From NCBI GenBank assembly GCA_040879725.1, contig JBBDJV010000010.1, forward strand, positions 52,892 through 116,891: a stretch of DNA of 64,000 nucleotides, written 5' to 3'. Below, in pieces: positions 27,492 to 37,421 of the stretch; the first letter of the stretch is position 1, and each line of letters begins with the position of its first letter. A model generated the notes under the pieces. It did not search any database and was not told the origin of the DNA. It worked only from the letters and a program-made list of their open reading frames with translations. This DNA is from Minisyncoccota bacterium (GTDB lineage: Bacteria; Patescibacteriota; Minisyncoccia; Phycocordibacterales; GCA-2401445). The position numbers and the translations under genes are program-made.

Positions 27492-27530
27492 AGTCGGGGC
27501 GTCTCTTCGCGCCCCGGCTCTATTTTTTTG
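27492..27530 (+). terminator. Rho-independent terminator after recJ
   Basis: CGGGGCGTCTCTTCGCGCCCCG hairpin followed by a T-run. Confidence 0.75.
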
Positions 27531-27546
27531 GTATACTCGTAGTTAT

Positions 27547-28227
27547 ATGAATAACAGCTATAGTGTATTTACTGACGGTGCGTCTAAGGGAAACCCTGGA
27601 CCAGGCGGATACGGAGCAATAGTTTTTTCTTCTGACTCAGTGTTTGAAATCGGAGGAAGAGAAACACAAACAACCAATAATAGAATGGAGCTAAGCGCGG
27701 TGTTGTTTGCGTTGAAGTCAATTCCGGAAGGAAGTGATGTTGTTGTGTATTCAGATTCCAGGTACGTTATTAACGGAATTACTTCGTGGGTGTACGGGTG
27801 GGAGAAAAATGGATGGATAACAAAAGAAAAAAAGGAAGTACTGAATAAAGATTTGTGGGAAGAATTAGTGAGTGTTACCAGAAAAAGAACGGTTCGTTTT
27901 GAATATGTTGCCGGACATCAAGGAACTCCGGCAAATGAGCGCGTAGATACTATTGCCAGTTCATTTGCTGAAGGAGAAGAGGTAGTGTTGTATAACGGAA
28001 AAAGAAATGAGTATGGTATTACACCTGAAATACCAAAAGGAGGTGGAGAAAAGAAAAAAAGTGGTACGGTATACGGATATGTAAGTTATGTTGACGGAAA
28101 AGGAGAAGTGCATAAAACTTGGGCAGAGTGCAAAGCTCGAGTCGAGGGAAAGAGTAAACCAAAATATAAAAAAGTATATTCACAAACGGAGGCAACGGAG
28201 GTTTTGAAAAAGTGGAAAAGTAACTAA
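27547..28227 (+). CDS. rnhA: Ribonuclease HI with lysine-rich C-terminal extension
   Basis: VFTDGASKGNPGPGGYG, NNRMEL, YSDSRYV catalytic motifs (DEDD). Confidence 0.85.
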   Translation: MNNSYSVFTDGASKGNPGPGGYGAIVFSSDSVFEIGGRETQTTNNRMELSAVLFALKSIPEGSDVVVYSDSRYVINGITSWVYGWEKNGWITKEKKEVLNKDLWEELVSVTRKRTVRFEYVAGHQGTPANERVDTIASSFAEGEEVVLYNGKRNEYGITPEIPKGGGEKKKSGTVYGYVSYVDGKGEVHKTWAECKARVEGKSKPKYKKVYSQTEATEVLKKWKSN

Positions 28228-28228
28228 T

Positions 28229-29704
28229 ATGCGAGTATCGCTCACACAGCTGACTGTTTGGGCGGTATTTTTTTGTTTAGGTAGCATTGTTTCTTTTTAC
28301 AGCAGTCCGTCTTTCTCTGTGCTTTTGTTCCTTGCTCTACTTGTTCTCACCGCAACAGTTTTTATTCCGTTTGTATTAAAAACGAAGGAAGTAGTACGAG
28401 TAGTCTTGATTTTAGGAGTGCTACTTTCTGCTTTTGTGTGTGGTGCTGTTCGTATGTCTATTGCGGAAAATGCGATTTCTGCGGATAGTATTATCACGAA
28501 TGAAGAAGTAACAGTTTCAGCACGTATTGTTTCCGAGGCGGACATAACGGAGGAGCGTTCGCGATATATTGTGGGTGTATTAAATGAGGAGGATGAAGTG
28601 GTTATCCGTGCGCGCATGAGTATTTCTCGCTTTCCTGAATATTTTTACGGTGACATTGTTACTATCAAAGGAGAGTTTTCTCTTCCGGAGGCATTTGAAA
28701 CCGAAGACGGTTCTTTTTTTGACTATCCCGCTTACCTGAAAGCAAAAAAGGTTCAGTACATTCTCGAACCAAGTGATATCACAGCTACCGGTGAGTATAA
28801 AAAAAGTTTTAGGAGGACATTGCTCGTATTCAAGTATTCTTTTCTCAGTGTTTTGCGTGAGGTGCTACCCGAACCACATGCATCGCTCTCTGCGGGAATA
28901 CTACTTGGGGTTGAGTCGTCACTCGGTGACCGCCTTCTTGAATTGTTTCGGATAACCGGGCTGATACATATTATCGTGCTCTCCGGATACAACGTTACCA
29001 TTGTAGCGGAATGGATTATGAGAATTGTTGGGAAAGTTCTTCCATTCCGTGCTTCTATTATCGCGGGTTCGTGCGCTATTGTAGCGTTTGCGGTTTTGAC
29101 CGGACTCACGGCAACTGTCGTACGCGCGAGTGTAATGGCGCTCTTGGCACTTTTCGCGCGCGCAACCGGAAATACATACATGATAGGCCGCGCACTGGTA
29201 CTTGCAGGACTTTGTATGATTTTGGCTAACCCCTACTTACTTATCGCAGATCCGTCGTTTCAGTTAAGTTTCATTGCATCGTTTGGTTTAATATACGGCG
29301 CGCCACTTGTTGTTCGCTATTTTACATGGGTGCGCGCGAGTGTTGTGAGAGAAATAATTGGCGCCACTATTGCAACTCAAATAGCGGTACTACCTATCAT
29401 TCTTTCTTTTTCAGGAGAGCTGTCACTTGTTTCAGTGCCGGTAAATGTGCTTACGCTTCTTGTGATACCGTACGCTATGTTTTTCTCTTTCAGTGCTGGA
29501 ATACTAGGAATGGTAAGTGGAATTCTTGCAATGCCATTTTCATTTGTAACGTACGTACTGCTTGAGTATGTATTACGGGTTGTGTACGCGTTTGGTACAC
29601 TTCCTTTTTCAGTTATTCCAATAGGAATACCAAATAATGTACTAATACTTGTTTCTTATATAGCACTTTTGGCTCTCTACTACAAAATAAAAAAACCCGC
29701 ATAA
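28229..29704 (+). CDS. comEC: ComEC/Rec2 DNA-uptake channel protein, DUF4131 plus competence domain only (no beta-lactamase domain)
   Basis: Polytopic membrane protein. Competence-domain motif FRITGLIHIIVLSGYNV. It ends without an MBL domain. Confidence 0.8.
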   Translation: MRVSLTQLTVWAVFFCLGSIVSFYSSPSFSVLLFLALLVLTATVFIPFVLKTKEVVRVVLILGVLLSAFVCGAVRMSIAENAISADSIITNEEVTVSARIVSEADITEERSRYIVGVLNEEDEVVIRARMSISRFPEYFYGDIVTIKGEFSLPEAFETEDGSFFDYPAYLKAKKVQYILEPSDITATGEYKKSFRRTLLVFKYSFLSVLREVLPEPHASLSAGILLGVESSLGDRLLELFRITGLIHIIVLSGYNVTIVAEWIMRIVGKVLPFRASIIAGSCAIVAFAVLTGLTATVVRASVMALLALFARATGNTYMIGRALVLAGLCMILANPYLLIADPSFQLSFIASFGLIYGAPLVVRYFTWVRASVVREIIGATIATQIAVLPIILSFSGELSLVSVPVNVLTLLVIPYAMFFSFSAGILGMVSGILAMPFSFVTYVLLEYVLRVVYAFGTLPFSVIPIGIPNNVLILVSYIALLALYYKIKKPA

Positions 29705-29718
29705 GCGGGATTTTTTTA
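29688..29718. terminator. Bidirectional rho-independent terminator (comEC / sod)
   Basis: AAAAAACCCGCATAAGCGGGATTTTTTT. Confidence 0.7.
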
Positions 29719-30309
29719 TTGTGCGTCTGCGAAGTTTTTCTCAATGACACTCCAGTTTAGGTTTTCAAAGAAGTCATCAACATACTTTTTCTTTCCGGAA
29801 GGTAGATAGTCGGCAACATATGAATGTTCCCACATATCAAGAGCTAAAACCGGACTTGTGTCCACCAAATGTCCCAAGTGTTGCTCATCAACCCATGCGT
29901 TTATAAGGCGCTTGGTCTTTTTATCATACGAAAGGAATACCCACCCAACTCCGCGTGTCACCGCGATTGCTTTAAAGCGAGCAAGCCACATCTCAAAAGA
30001 ACCAAACTCTTCTTTGATAGCTTGAGAGAGGGGGCTGTTTTCATTACGCTGGCTAGAGCCTTTTTCAAGAGAGGAGAAATAGTATTCGTGGTTTCGCATT
30101 CCACCCCATTCAAACCCGAACCTCCGCTGAAGTTCGGCTATTTCAAATGTATATTTCTCGCCATCTTTTGAAAGTTCAGCAATATGTGAGAGTATTAAGT
30201 TTGCGTGTTTTACATAACCCGCGTAAAGCTTGAGATGTTCTTCTATTGTTGTTTCGCTGATACCGATAAGCTTCGGTATAGTGAATGTTTTTGTTTCAAA
30301 TTCTTTCAT
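29716..30309 (-). CDS. sod: Fe/Mn-family superoxide dismutase
   Basis: C-terminal DMWEHSYVADY (D-x-WEH-x-YY metal-ligand motif) and the W..L region (WVFLSYD) of Fe/Mn SODs. 197 aa. Confidence 0.75.
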   Translation of the reverse strand: MKEFETKTFTIPKLIGISETTIEEHLKLYAGYVKHANLILSHIAELSKDGEKYTFEIAELQRRFGFEWGGMRNHEYYFSSLEKGSSQRNENSPLSQAIKEEFGSFEMWLARFKAIAVTRGVGWVFLSYDKKTKRLINAWVDEQHLGHLVDTSPVLALDMWEHSYVADYLPSGKKKYVDDFFENLNWSVIEKNFADAQ

Positions 30310-30367
30310 ATAGTTAAGAGATTACTGATAATTATTCTCAGTATAACATACGGGGTATACTGTTTGT

Positions 30368-31216
30368 ATGAAGCGAGTAAAAATCCTAGCTCTCTGCGTC
30401 GGGTCTCTCCTGGTAGTAAATGTTGTGGTGTGGGGCGCAAGTGCTAAGGCAAACACTTCTTACTTGCAAGTTTCTTTTTTGGATGTCGGGCAGGGTGATG
30501 CGATTCTAATCCAGTCACCAACAGGAAATCAGGTTCTTATTGATGGAGGAAGAGGGGAAATTGTACTGCAAAAAATATCGAGTATTATGCCGTTTTATGA
30601 CAAAAGTATTGATGTTGTTATAGGAACCCACCCAGACTTGGATCATATAGGTGGACTGCCGTATGTCTATGACGCGTATGAAGTTGCGTACAGTGTTGAC
30701 TCCGGAGCAGAGTCTGATACCAGTGCGTTTAGGGGATATAAAGAGAGGCGAGACAAAGAAGGTTCGGTGTACCTATCTGTTCGACGTGGAGATGTATTTC
30801 ATTTAGGGGGAGGTGCGGAACTTGTAATTCTTTTTCCAGACAGAGATGTGTCCCAAGGTGATGCAAATGATGGCTCAATCATAGCGATGCTGACATATGG
30901 TGAGACAGCGGTGATGTTAACAGGAGATGCATCAAAGAAAATCGAAAGACACATACTCTCACTTGATGGAGTAGCGCTTGAAAGCACTATTTTAAAAGCG
31001 GGACATCATGGATCAAAAACTTCAAGTGATGAACTGTTTGTTGCTACCATCGCTCCACAGTTTGCTGTTATTTCCGCGAGTGAAAATAATTCATACGGTC
31101 ATCCGCATCCCGAAGTTATGGATGTACTGTCTCGACACGTGAAAACAGTACTTTCAACAGCAGAATCGGGAACGGTTACGTTTGTCGGCGACGGAAAAGA
31201 GTTTTGGATAAAATAA
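30368..31216 (+). CDS. Secreted or membrane-anchored metallo-beta-lactamase-fold protein homologous to the ComEC C-terminal domain
   Basis: N-terminal signal/TM. LDVGQGDAILIQ, HPDLDHIGG, AGHHGSKTSS, NSYGHPH motifs of the ComEC Lactamase_B domain. Confidence 0.75.
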   Translation: MKRVKILALCVGSLLVVNVVVWGASAKANTSYLQVSFLDVGQGDAILIQSPTGNQVLIDGGRGEIVLQKISSIMPFYDKSIDVVIGTHPDLDHIGGLPYVYDAYEVAYSVDSGAESDTSAFRGYKERRDKEGSVYLSVRRGDVFHLGGGAELVILFPDRDVSQGDANDGSIIAMLTYGETAVMLTGDASKKIERHILSLDGVALESTILKAGHHGSKTSSDELFVATIAPQFAVISASENNSYGHPHPEVMDVLSRHVKTVLSTAESGTVTFVGDGKEFWIK

Positions 31217-31243
31217 AAAAACGGGCAGTGCCCGTTTTTTTAA
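31214..31243. terminator. Bidirectional rho-independent terminator
   Basis: AAAAAAACGGGCAGTGCCCGTTTTTTT. Confidence 0.7.
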
Positions 31244-31482
31244 ATTACCCCTGCGTCTTTTAGTGTTCGAAATGCGCCTTTTTTCTGGATAGTCTTGATT
31301 GCTTTTGTCGAAAGGGTTAGGTTAAGCGTCTTTTTTAATTCAGGAATATAGATACGCTTCTTTTGAAGGTTTGCCTTTCGTCGTCGCAAGCCGGTAGGGT
31401 TAAACTGAGTAGCACGAGTACGGTTGCTGTACCCGCCTCCTACCAAACCGCTTTTATTTGTTACTGGACATGTTTTAGCCAT
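31240..31482 (-). CDS. rpmB: 50S ribosomal protein L28
   Basis: CPVTNKSGLVGGGYSNRTRATQFNPTGLRRRKANLQ resembles the L28 C-x-VTGK..G..SHA.N.TKR.F.PNLQ pattern. Confidence 0.7.
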   Translation of the reverse strand: MAKTCPVTNKSGLVGGGYSNRTRATQFNPTGLRRRKANLQKKRIYIPELKKTLNLTLSTKAIKTIQKKGAFRTLKDAGVI

Positions 31483-31525
31483 ACGTGTTTTTTAATGTCC
31501 GCTTATGGTATCATACTATTGATTT

Positions 31526-32167
31526 TTGACAAGAGCCCGATATATGGATCCGATTACAATTATATTTTCAATAGCAATTCTTATAATGTCAGTTGTTGCG
31601 CACGAGGTTGCGCATGGCTATGCAGCTGAGTATCTAGGCGACCCTACCGCGCGTCTTCGGGGGCGCCTCACGCTCAATCCTATTGTGCATTTGGATATGT
31701 TTGGTTCAATAATTCTCCCAATACTCCTTACGCTTCTAAACGGCCCTGTGTTTGGATGGGCAAAGCCAGTACCGTACAATCCGTATAATTTACGAAATCG
31801 CCGATGGGGAGAAGCGATTGTCGCTGGAGCGGGACCGCTTACCAATATTGTAATTGCTGTAATATTTGCCCTTTTGGCAAGGTTGGCAATTACAGGAGTA
31901 ATTCCCCTTGGGAGTGATTTTGTGGGTATTTCTCAATTAGTGGTGTTTATAAACATATTTTTAGCCGTTTTTAACATGATGCCGGTACCTCCATTTGACG
32001 GATCAAAGGTATTATTTGCCTTTTTACCCCAGCATCTGCAAAAATATCGGCTTGTTCTTGAACAGCAAAGTATCCTGGTCCTTATTTTTGTTATTTTCTT
32101 CGTAGTTCAGTTTTTGGGACCGGTTGTTTTCAAAATATCTGATTTCCTTATCAGGGGACTTCTGTAG
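31526..32167 (+). CDS. Peptidase M50 family (site-2 protease-like) membrane metalloprotease
   Basis: HEVAHG (HExxH) inside a TM helix plus several TM segments. Start uncertain (possibly MDPITIIF a few codons downstream). Confidence 0.6.
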   Translation: MTRARYMDPITIIFSIAILIMSVVAHEVAHGYAAEYLGDPTARLRGRLTLNPIVHLDMFGSIILPILLTLLNGPVFGWAKPVPYNPYNLRNRRWGEAIVAGAGPLTNIVIAVIFALLARLAITGVIPLGSDFVGISQLVVFINIFLAVFNMMPVPPFDGSKVLFAFLPQHLQKYRLVLEQQSILVLIFVIFFVVQFLGPVVFKISDFLIRGLL

Positions 32168-32236
32168 TACTTGCATTTTTATACGTACTATAGTACTCTG
32201 GTATCCACTACGTTTTGTAGCGACTTTTTTATAACA

Positions 32237-32647
32237 ATGTCAACAATAAATCAATTAGTACGAAAGAAGCGAAAGAAGATGACTCGCAAAATGAAGGCGG
32301 TTGCTCTTTCTCGTGGTTTCAACACTCTTGAAAACCGACCTACATATTACCCATCACCATTTAAGCGTGGAGTTTGTACAAAAGTAACAACAACCACACC
32401 TCGTAAGCCTAACTCAGCTATCAGAAAGATTGCTCGTGTGCGTCTCACTAACGGTATGGAAGTAACTGCGTATATTCCAGGTATCAAACATACACTCCAA
32501 GAGCACTCAGTGGTAGTGTTGCGCGGTGGACGAGTAAAGGACATCGGTGTTAGATATACTGTTGTTCGTGGTGTTCTTGATGCTACACCAGTAGAGAACC
32601 GAAAGAACGGACGAAGCCGATTTGGAGTAAAGCGACCTAAGGCGTAA
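32237..32647 (+). CDS. rpsL: 30S ribosomal protein S12 with an approximately 12-aa internal insertion
   Basis: [58 protein letters not shown]. Start trimmed to ATG (MSTINQL). Confidence 0.9.
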   Translation: MSTINQLVRKKRKKMTRKMKAVALSRGFNTLENRPTYYPSPFKRGVCTKVTTTTPRKPNSAIRKIARVRLTNGMEVTAYIPGIKHTLQEHSVVVLRGGRVKDIGVRYTVVRGVLDATPVENRKNGRSRFGVKRPKA

Positions 32648-32663
32648 TACAAATAACGAAACT

Positions 32664-33134
32664 ATGCGACGAAAAGTAAAAAACCGAAATATCGTAACAC
32701 CGGACCTTGTATACAACTCAGACAAGGTATCAAAGTTTATAAATTACTGTATGTGGGATGGTAAGAAGAATACCGCTCGAACAGTAGTGTATGAAGCGTT
32801 TGATATCATCAAAGAGGAGCAAAAGGTTGAAGACCCTATTGAGGTTTTCGAACGAGCACTAAAGAACACTGGACCGGTAATGGAAGTGCGTTCACGACGA
32901 GTTGGTGGTGCAAACTATCAAGTTCCTCGAGAAGTACGACCAGAGCGAAAGCTCGCGCTTTCTATGAGCTGGATTCTTGAGGCGGCACGAAGCAAGTCAG
33001 GATCAAAAATGTCACGCAGACTTGCAGATGAACTTATTGCGGCAAGCAACAATGAAGGTGAAGCGGTAAAGAAACGAGAAAACGTCCACAAGATGGCAGA
33101 AGCAAACAAAGCATTTGCTCACTTCGCTTGGTAG
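32664..33134 (+). CDS. rpsG: 30S ribosomal protein S7
   Basis: S7 family pattern (ARTVVYEAFDII, MEVRSRRVGGANYQVP). Confidence 0.9.
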   Translation: MRRKVKNRNIVTPDLVYNSDKVSKFINYCMWDGKKNTARTVVYEAFDIIKEEQKVEDPIEVFERALKNTGPVMEVRSRRVGGANYQVPREVRPERKLALSMSWILEAARSKSGSKMSRRLADELIAASNNEGEAVKKRENVHKMAEANKAFAHFAW

Positions 33135-33149
33135 TATTCATTTAAGTAT

Positions 33150-33186
33150 AAAAAACAGCCCGCGAACGCGGGCTGTTTTGTTTTAA
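33150..33186 (+). terminator. Rho-independent terminator after rpsG
   Basis: CAGCCCGCGAACGCGGGCTG hairpin followed by a T-run. Confidence 0.75.
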
Positions 33187-33235
33187 TCTATAAACACACC
33201 AGGTGTAACTTGTGCGCATATTTGAAACAAGGTCT

Positions 33236-33262
33236 TTTATCAAGGTTTAACCTTGATAAAAA
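33236..33262. repeat. Near-perfect palindrome TTTTATCAAGGTTTAACCTTGATAAAA (AGGTTTAACCT core) upstream of fusA
   Basis: Shares the core with the 21-bp GAACGAGGTTTAACCTCGTTC palindromes. Confidence 0.5.
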
Positions 33263-33417
33263 GGAGGTCATTTACTTATTTTGTTATTAACATCACTTTT
33301 GCAATTTATATTCAGTTGTTGTATGCTAATGCCCACGTAGTCGAGGTGCTTTTGTTAGTGCCTTGGAGCTCATGAGGGGTGAGAGAAAATAATTAATTAG
33401 TAAAATAGCTATTATAT

Positions 33418-35562
33418 ATGGAACGAGATTATCCACTGGAAAAAGTACGAAATTTTGGAATCATTGCGCACATTGATGCGGGAAAGACGACGACATCAGA
33501 GCGTGTGCTTTTCTATACCGGTATGTCGCACAAAATTGGTGAGGTGCACGATGGAGAAGCGGTAACCGACTGGATGGAGCAGGAACGAGAGCGAGGTATT
33601 ACTATTACCGCTGCGGCAATTACTTGTTTCTGGAACCCTTCATACATGGGAGCGGATACTACTCTTAAACACCGTTTTAATATTATTGATACTCCAGGAC
33701 ACGTAGACTTTACCGTAGAAGTGGAGCGAAGTTTGAAAGTGCTTGACGGTGGAGTGGTTGTGTTTGACGGCGTTGCGGGAGTAGAGCCTCAGAGTGAAAC
33801 CGTATGGCGACAAGCAGACAAGTACAAAGTTCCTCGTATCTGTTTTATCAATAAGCTCGATAGAACTGGAGCAAGCTTTGAGCGTTCATATAAATCAATC
33901 ATCACTCGTCTTAACAAAAATGCAGTTCGTTTTCAGATTCCTATTGGTGAAGAAGGAGAGCATGATGGGGTGATAGATCTCATGAAAATGAAGGCTTACT
34001 ATTTCGAGGGAGTTATGGGCATTGATGTGGTTGAAAAAGAAATTCCTGAAAATCTAAAAGCTGATGCGGTAAAATTTCGAGCGGAGTTGGTAGAAAAGGT
34101 TGTTGAAAATGACGAAACCGCAATGAATGCGTATCTTGAAGGAAAAGAAATTCAACTTGAAGATTTGAAGCGTATTGCTCGACAAGCAACAATTGATAAC
34201 AAGCTTTTCCCTGTATTTACCGGTTCTGCGTTGAAAAACAAAGGAGTTCAGCTCGTTCTTGATGGTGTGGTTGACTACCTTCCATCTCCGCTTGATATTC
34301 CACCGGTTAAAGGAAAGGATCCAGAAACAGGTGAAGAAATTGAACGAAAGGCGGATGACAAAGAGCCGTTTTCAGCTCTTGCATTCAAACTGCAGTCTGA
34401 TCCGTACGTAGGTCAACTTACATTCTTCCGTGTGTATTCTGGAACAGTGGAGGCAGGTTCATATCTCTATAATGCGACAACTGGTAAGAAAGAGAGACTC
34501 GGACGTATTGTGCGTCTTCAGGCGAACCAACGAGAAGAAGTGAAAAAGATTTACGCGGGAGAAATTGCTGCTGCGGTTGGTTTGAAGGACGCGAAAACAT
34601 CGCACACATTCTGTGATGAAGACAAGCCGATTATTCTTGATGAAATTGTATTTCCTGAACCGGTTATCTCTCTTCGTATTGAACCAAAAACAAAAGCAGA
34701 CCAGGAGAAGCTTGGTATTGCACTAAAGCGACTTTCAGATGAAGACCCAACATTCCGTGTGGAATCTGATCCTGATACTCTGGAAACGGTTATTAAGGGA
34801 ATGGGTGAATTGCACTTGGAAATTCTCGTAGACCGCATGAAGCGAGAGTTTAGCGTTGAGGCGAATGTCGGTAAACCACAAGTAGCATACAAAGAAACTA
34901 TTACTGGTAATGCTGAGGCAGAACACAAGTACATCAAGCAGACAGGAGGTAAAGGACAGTACGGTCACGTTAAACTTACGATTAAACCACTTGAGCAACT
35001 TGCTGAAGGAGAAACACCTGCAAAGAATGTAAAGCGAATAGAAGGATTCGAGTTTATTGATTCAATTAAGGGAGGAGTTATCCCACAGGAGTTTATTCCA
35101 GCGGTAGAAAAGGGAGTGAAAGAAGCCATGGAAAGAGGAATTGTTGCTGGATACAAAATGACTGATATTTCTTGTGAACTAACTTTCGGTTCTTACCATG
35201 ATGTAGACTCTTCAGAAATTGCGTATAAAATTGCCGCTTCTATGGCATTCCAGGAAGCAGCGAAGAAAGCACGACCGGTTATTCTAGAGCCGATTATGAA
35301 AGTTGAGGTGGTTACTCCAGAGAAATTCATGGGTGATGTTACCGGACACCTTTCAAGTAAGAGAGGTCAGATTGAAGGAATGGATGATCGGGATATAAAC
35401 AAGGTAATACGAGCAAAAGTGCCGTTGTCAGAAATGTTTGGGTACGTTACGACACTTCGGTCTATGACAGAAGGTCGTGCGAGTTCAACAATGGAATTCG
35501 ATAGATACGACATTGTTCCTCCAAACGTTGCAAAAGAAATTGCAGAAGCAAGAAATAAGTAA
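33418..35562 (+). CDS. fusA: Elongation factor G
   Basis: [20 protein letters not shown]1 motif and the five-domain EF-G pattern. 714 aa. Confidence 0.95.
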   Translation: MERDYPLEKVRNFGIIAHIDAGKTTTSERVLFYTGMSHKIGEVHDGEAVTDWMEQERERGITITAAAITCFWNPSYMGADTTLKHRFNIIDTPGHVDFTVEVERSLKVLDGGVVVFDGVAGVEPQSETVWRQADKYKVPRICFINKLDRTGASFERSYKSIITRLNKNAVRFQIPIGEEGEHDGVIDLMKMKAYYFEGVMGIDVVEKEIPENLKADAVKFRAELVEKVVENDETAMNAYLEGKEIQLEDLKRIARQATIDNKLFPVFTGSALKNKGVQLVLDGVVDYLPSPLDIPPVKGKDPETGEEIERKADDKEPFSALAFKLQSDPYVGQLTFFRVYSGTVEAGSYLYNATTGKKERLGRIVRLQANQREEVKKIYAGEIAAAVGLKDAKTSHTFCDEDKPIILDEIVFPEPVISLRIEPKTKADQEKLGIALKRLSDEDPTFRVESDPDTLETVIKGMGELHLEILVDRMKREFSVEANVGKPQVAYKETITGNAEAEHKYIKQTGGKGQYGHVKLTIKPLEQLAEGETPAKNVKRIEGFEFIDSIKGGVIPQEFIPAVEKGVKEAMERGIVAGYKMTDISCELTFGSYHDVDSSEIAYKIAASMAFQEAAKKARPVILEPIMKVEVVTPEKFMGDVTGHLSSKRGQIEGMDDRDINKVIRAKVPLSEMFGYVTTLRSMTEGRASSTMEFDRYDIVPPNVAKEIAEARNK

Positions 35563-35563
35563 G

Positions 35564-35594
35564 AAAAAACCCGACCGGAAGGTCGGGTTTTTTC
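35564..35594 (+). terminator. Rho-independent terminator after fusA
   Basis: CCCGACCGGAAGGTCGGG hairpin followed by a T-run. Confidence 0.75.
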
Positions 35595-35630
35595 CACATG
35601 AAAATATGAATAACAAGGTATACTTATAGC

Positions 35631-37421
35631 ATGAGAAACTATATAGTTATATTTTTAGTATGTATTCTGTTTACACCGGTTGCGGTTTCAGCACAGCAGT
35701 CAAGTCTTGAACTGCAAATACAGAATCTACTAAAGCAGGTTGCAGTACTTCAGGAAAAACTTAATCAAAAAACGGTTGCTTCAGGAATAGTTGAGGTGCA
35801 AATTACACCTTCTGTCACTGTTCCAGCACAACGAATTGACCGCGCTCTTCCTCGACAGGTATTGGGCGGGTATGATCTTTTGGTACAAGGAGAGTCAATT
35901 GTTGTTTCAAATTTGGTATTTACGATAAAACCGCAAGCAAGCGGTATTACGTCTGTGTACCTATACAACACTCACGGCGACAGGATAGCTGGTCCTGGGG
36001 CTGTTTCTGGCAATACAGTTACTTTTGCGGGTCCACTTCAGTTTCGCACCGGGAGCCATACGCTCGTTGTGAGAGGTACGCTTAACAATTCATTTGAAAA
36101 CGGAGAAGCAATTGAGCTGATAGCAGATATTTCTCTTTCTAAAATTACCGGTGCGGTTACCGGGCGAGTTATTTCTCCAAAAACCCAATCAGTAAGTGGA
36201 AATAGCATGACTGTCGTTTCAGCGGGACTTACGCTGACTCCAAAAGAGATAAAAGCAACCACCACAGTAGCAGATGGAACAAATGGAGTGGTATTTGGTG
36301 AATACACGCTTTCTGCAAAGAAATCTAGCGAACCGGTACGCGTAGAGTCGCTTTCTTTGCGTTTCAACGCAATAGCGGGTGATTTATTCGGAATTACTGG
36401 TTGTATGCTTCATGACAGTGTTGGAGCCCCACTGATGGAGGAACGCTCTCGGGTTAATCCACGTGAATCAAACAAGCTCTACACATTCACCATGAGCCCA
36501 CCTATTGTTGTTAGTACCAGTACGGATATTGTTATTACGTTAAAATGTAATACTGGAGTCAACAATTCAGGAATGTATACGTGGGGAGTTGTCGAGGGAA
36601 GTAGGGTTACTGCATTTGGTCTTCGTTCAGGCTCAACCATGGCCATTGGTATTGTCCCTGAAGAAAGTAGTACAGTAACAGTAGACCAAACACGCCACGC
36701 TCTTATATCTCACTGGGATTTCAATACTGATGGACAAGTAATCACAGATATTGTTGGTATTAATAACGGTTTACTAAAAGAAGCCACAACAACCCTTCGT
36801 GTTAACGGAAAGCATGGAAAGGCGCTTTCTCTTTACGGAGAACGTGAATATGTAGAGATTCCGCATAGTAATTCACTCCGAACCAATTCGGGTGCAATTG
36901 CGCTGTATGTGCTTCCTAAGGATAGTAAAACCTCTGGCATTTTCGCAAAAGGGGATGGGTGCGTAGAAGCGTGCTTTTCTTTGTCAGTGCGAAGTAATTC
37001 GTTTGTCTTGGAAAAGAAAGAGCGCGGGGTTTCAAGAACAATACTCAGCGGTTTTGTAGACGATGCTATCGCTACTGGTACGTGGTACCACATCTTGGTT
37101 CAATTTAACCCTGAGGGCTCACAGCTATACGTAAATGGCGAACTAACAAGTGAATCAGACGTATCACTCGATTTAAATACAAATCTCTACCCTATAACGC
37201 TTGGAAAATCAGGGTTTACCGATTATTTTAAGGGAAACATAGATGATGTAAGAATCTACAATAGAGAGCTTACTGATGAAGAAATACGAACACTTTCGCT
37301 TGGATTAAGTCCGGGAATTGCTGAAAAAGGCCTCTTTAACTCTATTCTTGGTTCAGTCTTTGGTTCTGTTACACAAAAAGACAGTTTTCTCTCAAGTGTG
37401 ATTTCTCTCTTTCTTCGATAG
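35631..37421 (+). CDS. Secreted hypothetical protein with C-terminal LamG-like (concanavalin A-like lectin/glucanase) domain
   Basis: Signal peptide MRNYIVIFLVCILFTPVAVSA. C-terminal WYHILVQF..LYVNG..GNIDDVRIYNRELTDEEI is the classic Laminin_G_3 pattern. Confidence 0.55.
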   Translation: MRNYIVIFLVCILFTPVAVSAQQSSLELQIQNLLKQVAVLQEKLNQKTVASGIVEVQITPSVTVPAQRIDRALPRQVLGGYDLLVQGESIVVSNLVFTIKPQASGITSVYLYNTHGDRIAGPGAVSGNTVTFAGPLQFRTGSHTLVVRGTLNNSFENGEAIELIADISLSKITGAVTGRVISPKTQSVSGNSMTVVSAGLTLTPKEIKATTTVADGTNGVVFGEYTLSAKKSSEPVRVESLSLRFNAIAGDLFGITGCMLHDSVGAPLMEERSRVNPRESNKLYTFTMSPPIVVSTSTDIVITLKCNTGVNNSGMYTWGVVEGSRVTAFGLRSGSTMAIGIVPEESSTVTVDQTRHALISHWDFNTDGQVITDIVGINNGLLKEATTTLRVNGKHGKALSLYGEREYVEIPHSNSLRTNSGAIALYVLPKDSKTSGIFAKGDGCVEACFSLSVRSNSFVLEKKERGVSRTILSGFVDDAIATGTWYHILVQFNPEGSQLYVNGELTSESDVSLDLNTNLYPITLGKSGFTDYFKGNIDDVRIYNRELTDEEIRTLSLGLSPGIAEKGLFNSILGSVFGSVTQKDSFLSSVISLFLR

